Shown one piece after another: positions 30,200 to 36,826 of a DNA stretch of 36,826 nucleotides (within the stretch, counting starts at the first letter, position 1; each line of letters starts with the position of its first letter). This DNA comes from Cellvibrionaceae bacterium (GTDB lineage Bacteria > Pseudomonadota > Gammaproteobacteria > Pseudomonadales > Cellvibrionaceae), in contig JAUVQU010000001.1 in assembly GCA_030597965.1 (NCBI GenBank), forward strand, positions 1 to 36,826. Direction: 5' to 3'. A model generated the notes under the pieces. That model was not told where the DNA came from. It ran no database searches and worked only from the letters and a program-made list of their open reading frames with translations. Position numbers and translations under genes: made by a program.

Positions 30200-30865
30200 T
30201 CAGGCCTCCCCTTTAAGAGAGATATCCAGTACTAACCCCCAGGCATTATGGGGGTTGGGCACATCCCAATCCGTATAGCGCACATCCAGGTTCAGTTTCG
30301 GCTCTTCTGTGGCAAGGGTTTCTGCTGCACCAGCTAAATCACGGAAGGGTGGCCGGCCCGGATCCGTCAAAATAATTCTTGGCACGCCCGCTTCAATAGC
30401 TCGGTTAATGAGTTGGTATAGGGTGTCGGTGAGCTCATCCCAAAAGCAAATATCAGCCCCAATGATGACATCGAACTGTTCTAGCTGTTCTGCAGATATG
30501 TCTTCAAATCGCATAGCAATCGTGTTGGTGGTGACGTTGTTGGCTTTGGCGTGATATTCCGTAAACGGTAGTACATTTTCATCGGCGTCGAGGGAGGTGA
30601 CATCGGCATCGAACGTTTTCGCGCAGAAAATCCCACTCAGCCCCCAACCGCAACCAATCTCTAAAATACGCGACTGCTTGGGTGGGGGGCTCTCTTGCAG
30701 GTAGTCCATCAATACTGTGGTGGATTTCCAGAGTTTGTTGCCATGCAGTGATGGCTCGCCTGCTTGTCGCCGCAACCTTCTTGCGTCTGGGTGGCTGTTC
30801 TTTAGGACAGTCAGGCCAAATAAGTTGCGGCTATGTTTGTCACGGATGTGTTTTTTGTCGGTCAT
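30200..30865 (-). CDS. class I SAM-dependent methyltransferase (Methyltransf_16 / lysine-MTase-like), substrate unknown
   Basis: ILEIGCGWGLSG (motif I), DADVTSLD (motif II acidic) and IIGADICFW. The upstream G.KLWKSTTVLMDYL resembles the Nnt1/METTL21-type lead-in. Starts 9 nt after the queG stop. Confidence 0.75.
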   Translation of the reverse strand: MTDKKHIRDKHSRNLFGLTVLKNSHPDARRLRRQAGEPSLHGNKLWKSTTVLMDYLQESPPPKQSRILEIGCGWGLSGIFCAKTFDADVTSLDADENVLPFTEYHAKANNVTTNTIAMRFEDISAEQLEQFDVIIGADICFWDELTDTLYQLINRAIEAGVPRIILTDPGRPPFRDLAGAAETLATEEPKLNLDVRYTDWDVPNPHNAWGLVLDISLKGEA

Positions 30866-30874
30866 GAATCAAAG

Positions 30875-32047
30875 TTAACCTGAATGATGAGTCGGAGCCT
30901 TTATTTTGCGCTTGCGGCGTCGATTGGGATTTTCATGTTGTTTTAGCGCCCACTGCACGTGTTCTTGCACCAGCGCGGAAGGATGATTCAGCTTGTCTTC
31001 TAGCGCGCTAATGGTTGCGTTTGTGGTGGGGGCGTTACCGAGGCCCACGGCCAGATTTCTTAGCCAGCCTTCATGGCCAATACGCCGAATGGCTGAGCCC
31101 TCAGTATTTTTTAAAAACTGAGCTTCATTCCACTTAAACAGTTCGACCAGTTTGACGCGATCAAGTGAGTGGCGGGGCTGGAAATCGTCTTCTTGACTGA
31201 ATTGAGCGAATTTATTCCATGGGCAGATGGCCTGGCAATCGTCGCAGCCAAACACACGATTGCCCATGGCTTCACGAAATTCTACGGGGATTACACCTTT
31301 GTTTTCAATGGTTAAATAAGAAATGCAGCGCCGGGCATCCAGCTCGTAGGGGCGAGGAAAGGCATCGGTTGGACAAACCTTTAAGCAGGCCTGGCAGTCT
31401 CCGCATTGATTTTCTTGATCGTTTTTATCTATCGGCAGGGGAAGGCTGGTGTATATTTCGCCTAAGAAAAACCAGCTGCCCGCTTCGCTGTTGAGTAGCA
31501 GGGTGTGCTTGCCAACCCATCCGAGCCCCGCTTTGGCGGCTAGGGGGCGCTCCATTACTGGCGCACTGTCTACAAAGGCGCGTTGGGTAATGTTGCTTGT
31601 GGAAAGAATTTCCTCGGGTAGTTTTTTCGCGGCGGTTTCAATGCGCTGGGCCAGTTGACTCAGACGCTTGCGCATTAATTTGTGATAATCGCGACCCAGT
31701 GCATAGCGTGAAACGAAAGCATGCTCGGAGCTTTTTAAGATTTTTATTTGGTCTGTGTCAGCGGGTAGGTAATCCAGTCGTACAGAGATGACTCGTTGGG
31801 TGTCGGGTAATAATTCGTTGGGGCGTGAGCGTTTGTTGCCGTGCTCGGCTAACCAGTTCATATCTCCCTGGTAGCCCTTTTTAAGCCACTCCTTTAATTG
31901 TGTTTCTTCGGAGGACAGGTCTGTGTCGGTAATACCGACTTGCTGGAAGCCCATTTCCTGCCCCCAGATTTTTATCAGGCGAGCGAGTTCGTCGAGAGTT
32001 TGAATCGTTTCGTGAGGTCTTTGCTGGGTGTGCTCGCTCTTTGGCAT
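30875..32047 (-). CDS. queG: epoxyqueuosine reductase
   Basis: Ferredoxin-type clusters CGDCQACLKVCPTDAF and CDDCQAICPWNKF, and a HEAT-like C-terminus. ATG 32047 is preferred because ATG 32113 would leave only 26 nt to the divergent nnr, and a TATAAT (- strand) sits directly against it. Confidence 0.85.
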   Translation of the reverse strand: MPKSEHTQQRPHETIQTLDELARLIKIWGQEMGFQQVGITDTDLSSEETQLKEWLKKGYQGDMNWLAEHGNKRSRPNELLPDTQRVISVRLDYLPADTDQIKILKSSEHAFVSRYALGRDYHKLMRKRLSQLAQRIETAAKKLPEEILSTSNITQRAFVDSAPVMERPLAAKAGLGWVGKHTLLLNSEAGSWFFLGEIYTSLPLPIDKNDQENQCGDCQACLKVCPTDAFPRPYELDARRCISYLTIENKGVIPVEFREAMGNRVFGCDDCQAICPWNKFAQFSQEDDFQPRHSLDRVKLVELFKWNEAQFLKNTEGSAIRRIGHEGWLRNLAVGLGNAPTTNATISALEDKLNHPSALVQEHVQWALKQHENPNRRRKRKIKAPTHHSG

Positions 32048-32139
32048 GTGTTGTCTGGTCTTGTTGGTAGGCTGAACGGCGCCATTCCCGTATAATTCGT
32101 GCAGGAAGCCCATAGATTATAACGGTTCGAGACCCTCAA

Positions 32140-33732
32140 ATGCCTACTACTTTTCCAGCGCCCGCTAAAATACAGCAAGACAGCCAAATTACACTCACCA
32201 AGCAGTCGTTGCCTGCCACTTTATATACAGCGGAACAAGTGCGCCAGTTGGACGCGTCAGCGATCAACGATCATGGTATTCCCGGAATTTATTTAATGAA
32301 ACGTGCGGGTCGGGCGGCCTTTAATGTACTGCAGGCGCACTTTTTTCAAAAGAAAGGCTTTCAAACGGATGGCCCGCAGGCGGAGCAAGTTATTGTCTTT
32401 TGTGGCGGCGGCAATAATGCGGGTGATGGCTACATTGTTGCAGGTTTGGCTGCACAAAGAAGAATACCAGTGACGGTTTTTTATCTGGCGGACCCGCAGG
32501 GTTTGTCGGGTGATGCCAAGTTGGCCTATGAATTTTCCTGCCGTGAAGGCGTTATTACCCAGGAGTATGTTGCAGGACAGCCGGTTCCTGCGGAATCGGT
32601 CATTGTGGATGCGCTGTTGGGTATTGGCGTGTCAGGTACATTGCGCAGCGAGTATCGGGCTGCTGTCGAGTCGATAAATGCAAGCGGCGCTCCGGTGTTG
32701 GCCTTGGATGTGCCATCGGGTTTGTGTGCGGATACGGGCGCTGCAGAGTGTGCGGTTAAGGCCGATGCGACGATCACGTTTGTGGGTGTGAAGCAGGGTT
32801 TACTGACGGGCCGTGCGCCCGCATTAACGGGTTCGTTGTATTTCTCAGATTTATCCATTCCTGAGGAAGTTTATTCAGCCCAAGAAGTTTCGGTGCAGCG
32901 ATTAGAGTTAAGTGGGTTGTTGCAGCAGTTGCCCGAGCGTGATGGCGATGCCCATAAGGGCGATTTTGGTCATGTCATGGTTATCGGTGGCGAATTGGGC
33001 TATGCCGGCGCGGCCGCTATGGCCGGGGAGGCGGCAGCACGTATGGGCGCAGGGCTAACCAGTGTGGCGACACGCCCGGAGCATGTTGCGGCGATTGTAG
33101 CGCGGCGTCCAGAAATAATGGTGACGGGCGTGCCGTCAGGGCAGCAGTTACAGCCATTGCTCGAGCAACCTTCCGTATTGGTATTGGGCCCGGGGTTAGG
33201 TAAAACACCCTGGTCCGACCAAATGTTGCAACAGGCAGCCGCGACTGAGTTACCGATTGTGCTTGATGCGGATGGTTTGAATTTACTGGCGGAAGGCCGA
33301 GTGTTGCCTGACGCGTATCGTGATAATTGGGTGTTGACGCCACACCCGGGTGAGGCGGCACGACTATTAAAATGCACTACTGCTGAAATACAGCAGGACC
33401 GCTTTGCAGCGGCTAAGCGCCTGCAAAAAACCTACGGTGGTTGTGTTTTATTAAAAGGTGCGGGCACGGTAATTGCCGGATCTGATGGCAGTCTGTGCCT
33501 GGCCAACGTTGGCAATCCGGGTATGGCTTCAGGTGGTATGGGCGATGTGCTCAGCGGGGTCATCGGTGGTTTGCTGGCGCAGGGGCTTGAGCTTACTCTG
33601 GCTGTGCAATTGGCCGTATGTCTGCATGGCGAGGCGGCTGACTTGGCCGCTGCAGATGGTGGCCAGCGCGGGCTGCTCGCTGCGGATCTGATGCCGTACC
33701 TTCGCTTCGTGCTTAACGGTGAGGTTGCATGA
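32140..33732 (+). CDS. nnr: bifunctional NAD(P)H-hydrate repair enzyme (epimerase / ADP-dependent dehydratase)
   Basis: YjeF_N block GGGNNAGDG plus a C-terminal kinase-like block GPGLG ... GMASGGMGDVLSG, 530 aa. Confidence 0.9.
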   Translation: MPTTFPAPAKIQQDSQITLTKQSLPATLYTAEQVRQLDASAINDHGIPGIYLMKRAGRAAFNVLQAHFFQKKGFQTDGPQAEQVIVFCGGGNNAGDGYIVAGLAAQRRIPVTVFYLADPQGLSGDAKLAYEFSCREGVITQEYVAGQPVPAESVIVDALLGIGVSGTLRSEYRAAVESINASGAPVLALDVPSGLCADTGAAECAVKADATITFVGVKQGLLTGRAPALTGSLYFSDLSIPEEVYSAQEVSVQRLELSGLLQQLPERDGDAHKGDFGHVMVIGGELGYAGAAAMAGEAAARMGAGLTSVATRPEHVAAIVARRPEIMVTGVPSGQQLQPLLEQPSVLVLGPGLGKTPWSDQMLQQAAATELPIVLDADGLNLLAEGRVLPDAYRDNWVLTPHPGEAARLLKCTTAEIQQDRFAAAKRLQKTYGGCVLLKGAGTVIAGSDGSLCLANVGNPGMASGGMGDVLSGVIGGLLAQGLELTLAVQLAVCLHGEAADLAAADGGQRGLLAADLMPYLRFVLNGEVA

Positions 33733-34211
33733 GTACGGAAGCCATAGAGGAATATTTGCCAGACGAAGAGGCTACGGTTGAATTTGGTCGCCGTTGTGGT
33801 CTGGCCCTGCAGGAAGTATTAAGTGCCACTGAGCAACCGATTATGGTGTTTTTAGAAGGCGACCTTGGCGCAGGTAAAACCACGAGCACACGTGGCGTCT
33901 TACGGGCATTTGGTCATTCAGGTTCCGTTAAGAGCCCCACCTATACCCTGGTTGAACCCTATGAATTTGAGTCGGCACAGGTGAATCATTTCGATCTTTA
34001 TCGACTGGGTGATCCAGAGGAACTGGAGTACATGGGTATTCGAGATTACTTCTCTGAGCGCTCTGTTTGTTTGGTGGAATGGCCCAGTCGAGGTCAAGGG
34101 GTATTGCCTGAGGCGGATTTACATTTTCACTTATCAGTCAATGCGCCTGGCCGACAAGTCAATTTAAGTGCAAGAAGTGAGTTGGGTCGGAAAGTATTGG
34201 CTTGTTTTTAA
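33729..34211 (+). CDS. tsaE: tRNA t6A37 biosynthesis ATPase TsaE
   Basis: LEGDLGAGKTT P-loop, SPTYTLV.Y and HFDLYRL blocks. ATGA overlap with nnr. Confidence 0.92.
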   Translation: MSTEAIEEYLPDEEATVEFGRRCGLALQEVLSATEQPIMVFLEGDLGAGKTTSTRGVLRAFGHSGSVKSPTYTLVEPYEFESAQVNHFDLYRLGDPEELEYMGIRDYFSERSVCLVEWPSRGQGVLPEADLHFHLSVNAPGRQVNLSARSELGRKVLACF

Positions 34212-34283
34212 TCGAATAAACCGTAAAGATTGGGTCAGCCGCCAATTAATAATAGATAATAAAGTTGAACTGGAATTGCGAAA

Positions 34284-35684
34284 ATGAGTAGAGGCTATCC
34301 TCAGCAGTTGTTACCCAAACACTACTTTTGGATGGTGGGCGTGGGTTGGCTCTTTACCTTATTTTGTCTGTTTATTGCGGTCACTTTTTCACATGCCAGT
34401 GCGGCAGCATCTGTCGATAATGCGCGCCTCTGGCGAGCACCTGACCATACCCGTTTAGTATTTGACTTGAGTGGCCCGGTGGAGCATAAATTATTCGTGT
34501 TGCATAACCCCGCGCGTCTGGTCATTGATTTGGAAAAAGCGCAATTAAACACCAAGCTGTCGGATGTTGATCTTGAGAAAACACCCATAAAATTACTTCG
34601 CAGTGCCGAGCGCAATCAAACCGATTTACGCATTGTGTTGGATCTGTCTGAAGAGGTTAATCCTAAAAGCTTTCTGCTGAAACAGAGTGGTGATAAGAGT
34701 GATCGATTGGTAGTCGACCTGTTCGATCAGTATAAAAAAGTGGTGAAAACTGTTCAGCAGGTGATCCAGAGCCAAGCGGCTAAGCGTGACATAATAATTG
34801 CCGTTGATGCGGGGCATGGGGGTGAAGACCCCGGGGCGCTGGGCCCTAAAATTAATGGAAAGCGTCTTCGTGAGAAAGATGTCGTTTTGGCAATCAGTAA
34901 GAATTTGGTGGCGCTCATCAATGCGCAGCAGGGCTATCGGGCGGAGTTGGTACGAACAGGCGATTATTATATTCCGCTGCGAAAGCGCCGCGACATAGCG
35001 CGTGAAAAACGTGCTGATCTGTTTATTTCAATTCACGCTGATGCGTTTACCAATCCCAAGGCGCGAGGGGCGTCGGTGTTTGCTTTGTCCCGTAAGGGTG
35101 CCACTTCTGAAACGGCGCGCTTCTTGGCAAAGCAGGAAAATAAAGCGGATTTAATCGGGGGTGTTGGTGATCTCAATTTACAAGATAAGGATGAGGTTCT
35201 GCGGGGGGTTTTGGTGGATCTCTCTATGACCGCGACCTTGAGCTCCAGTTTGCAGGTGGGTAGTCGTGTTCTGCAAAAAATCGATAATGTGGCGAAACTG
35301 CATAAGCCCCATGTCGAGCAGGCTGGATTTGCTGTTTTGAAATCACCGGATGTGCCGAGTATTTTGGTGGAAACAGGCTTTATTTCTAACCCGGATGAAG
35401 CAAAAAAATTGTCCAGTACTTATTACAGAAAAATCCTGGCTAAATCGATTTTTAGCGGCGTTCAGGAATATTTTTACCGTGTGCCGCCGGCAGGCTCTTA
35501 TGTTGCCTGGCAAAAAGCCGGCGGCAAAGGTGCAAAGACAGCAGTTCATGTGATTGCTCGGGGCGATACGCTGAGCGGCATTGCTCAGCGTTATAATATT
35601 TCCCTGGTGCAATTGCGTAAGGCGAACAATATCTCCGGTTCCGGTATTCGTGTTGGCCAGCGTCTGGCCATCCCTTCTTCTTAA
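34284..35684 (+). CDS. amiB: N-acetylmuramoyl-L-alanine amidase (AMIN + Amidase_3 + LysM)
   Basis: Signal/TM segment, AMIN domain (ARLWRAPDHTRLVFDL), DAGHGGEDPGA and ISIHADA catalytic blocks, and a C-terminal LysM (HVIARGDTLSGIAQRYNISLVQL). tsaE-amiB-mutL synteny. Confidence 0.92.
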   Translation: MSRGYPQQLLPKHYFWMVGVGWLFTLFCLFIAVTFSHASAAASVDNARLWRAPDHTRLVFDLSGPVEHKLFVLHNPARLVIDLEKAQLNTKLSDVDLEKTPIKLLRSAERNQTDLRIVLDLSEEVNPKSFLLKQSGDKSDRLVVDLFDQYKKVVKTVQQVIQSQAAKRDIIIAVDAGHGGEDPGALGPKINGKRLREKDVVLAISKNLVALINAQQGYRAELVRTGDYYIPLRKRRDIAREKRADLFISIHADAFTNPKARGASVFALSRKGATSETARFLAKQENKADLIGGVGDLNLQDKDEVLRGVLVDLSMTATLSSSLQVGSRVLQKIDNVAKLHKPHVEQAGFAVLKSPDVPSILVETGFISNPDEAKKLSSTYYRKILAKSIFSGVQEYFYRVPPAGSYVAWQKAGGKGAKTAVHVIARGDTLSGIAQRYNISLVQLRKANNISGSGIRVGQRLAIPSS

Positions 35685-35714
35685 TTTTTTGTGGCAGTTA
35701 TGTCCAAGGTAAGC

Positions 35715-36826
35715 ATGTCTAAGATAAAACTACTCAGCCCTCGCCTTGCCAACCAGATTGCGGCAGGTGAAGTGGTAGAGCGACCTGCATCAGTCATCAA
35801 AGAGGTCATTGAAAACAGTCTGGATGCTGGCGCGACGCGCCTGGATGTTGATTTGGAGGCGGGCGGCGTCAAGTTGATGCGCGTCCGGGATAATGGTGCG
35901 GGTATTGATAAAGACGATTTGCCTTTAGCCTTGAGTCGTCATGCGACCAGTAAGATTTATCAGCTTGATGACCTGGAGGCAGTAAGCACCTTAGGTTTTC
36001 GTGGCGAAGCGCTGGCCAGTATCAGTTCCGTGTCACGTCTATCTCTAACCAGTACTACTGGCAGCGAGGCCTGGTGTGCAAAGGCGGAAGGTCGGGAGAT
36101 GCAAACAGAGGTGCAGCCGGCTGCACACCCACAGGGGACAACCGTTGAGGTGCGTGATTTATTCTTTAATACGCCCGCTCGGCGTAAGTTTTTACGCACA
36201 GAAACAACCGAATATCAGCGTATTGAAGAGGTCATTAAGCGCCTCGCGTTATCCCGCTTTGACGTCGGTTTTAATGTGCAGCATAACGGCCGGGCGATCC
36301 ACAGTTGGCGTGCCGCGCAAAGTCAGATTGAGCAGGAGCGCCGAGTGGCGCAGGTGTGCGGACCTGCGTTTATGGAGAACGCGCTGCACATTGATATTGA
36401 GCGCTCCGGTTTGCGCAACAGGGGCTGGGTGGCGTTACCCACTTTCTCTCGTAGTAATGCCGACCTCCAGCATTTTTATGTGAATGGCCGGGCTATTCGC
36501 GACAAGTTGGTCACGCATGCGGTGCGCCAGGCTTATCAGGACGTGCTGTTCCATGGTCGTCACCCGGCGTTTGTATTGTATTTAGAGGTGGATCCAGCCA
36601 CGGTGGATGTGAATGTTCATCCGACTAAGAACGAAGTTCGTTTTCGTGACAGCCGTATGGTGCATGATTTTCTTTTTAGGAGTTTGCATCACGCATTGGC
36701 TGATGTGCGGCCGAAGGATCAAATACTGAATAGCCCTGAGCAAGCGGAGATACCTTCGGGTGTCGCTATTGGTGAATTCGCCAATCAGGAAACGATGGCT
36801 TTTCGATCGCCTGGCGGAGGCATCTC
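35715..36826 (+). CDS. mutL: DNA mismatch repair protein MutL (5' part; runs off the window)
   Basis: Not in the ORF track because it is open-ended. Translation from ATG 35715 reads [45 protein letters not shown] ... [10 protein letters not shown] (GHKL ATPase). In-frame alternative ATG at 35700. Confidence 0.93.
   Translation, partial: MSKIKLLSPRLANQIAAGEVVERPASVIKEVIENSLDAGATRLDVDLEAGGVKLMRVRDNGAGIDKDDLPLALSRHATSKIYQLDDLEAVSTLGFRGEALASISSVSRLSLTSTTGSEAWCAKAEGREMQTEVQPAAHPQGTTVEVRDLFFNTPARRKFLRTETTEYQRIEEVIKRLALSRFDVGFNVQHNGRAIHSWRAAQSQIEQERRVAQVCGPAFMENALHIDIERSGLRNRGWVALPTFSRSNADLQHFYVNGRAIRDKLVTHAVRQAYQDVLFHGRHPAFVLYLEVDPATVDVNVHPTKNEVRFRDSRMVHDFLFRSLHHALADVRPKDQILNSPEQAEIPSGVAIGEFANQETMAFRSPGGGI

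Noticed and set aside
32120-32136. GGTTCGAGACCC, which resembles a tRNA T-arm, in the queG/nnr divergent spacer.
   Set aside because: The flanking bases cannot form the 5-bp T-stem or an acceptor stem, and no other tRNA elements are nearby.
35960-36483. ORFs 35960-36199 (-) and 36076-36483 (+) listed in the track.
   Set aside because: Both lie inside the clearly recognisable mutL reading frame. mutL is missing from the track only because it has no stop in the window.

Overview
This looks like a chromosomal segment from a gammaproteobacterium. Most of it is conserved housekeeping sequence whose gene order matches what I remember from Pseudomonas aeruginosa.

Layout:
(a) 1-8.3 kb is a lineage-variable stretch. 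Eleven genes run co-directionally on the + strand: three translationally coupled small ORFs (one a cysteine-rich CWC protein), three different hotdog-fold thioesterases, an MBL hydrolase, DUF2750, LOG, a radical SAM enzyme and a GST. They are followed by gamma-carbonic-anhydrase-like and STAS-like genes on the - strand, a CBS-pair gene on the + strand, and a decayed IS110-family transposase relic.
(b) 8.4-25 kb holds mrcA (PBP1A) divergent from pilMNOPQ-aroK-aroB, then gltB-gltD and hemE.
(c) 25.2-26.6 kb is an insulated single gene for a DUF3391/HD-GYP protein whose catalytic motifs are degenerate.
(d) 26.6-36.8 kb holds rsgA, rhdA and psd on the - strand, orn on the + strand, queG plus a methyltransferase on the - strand, and nnr-tsaE-amiB-mutL on the + strand (mutL runs off the window).

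I found no rRNA, tRNA, CRISPR array, intact mobile element, prophage or recognisable defence or toxin system.

The best candidates for undescribed biology are modest:
- the tightly packed PaaI / DUF2750 / LOG / radical SAM (Cx4Cx2C) / GST array;
- the three coupled small ORFs at the 5' end;
- the degenerate HD-GYP protein.

All family calls come from reading motifs in the translations. No database search was run.
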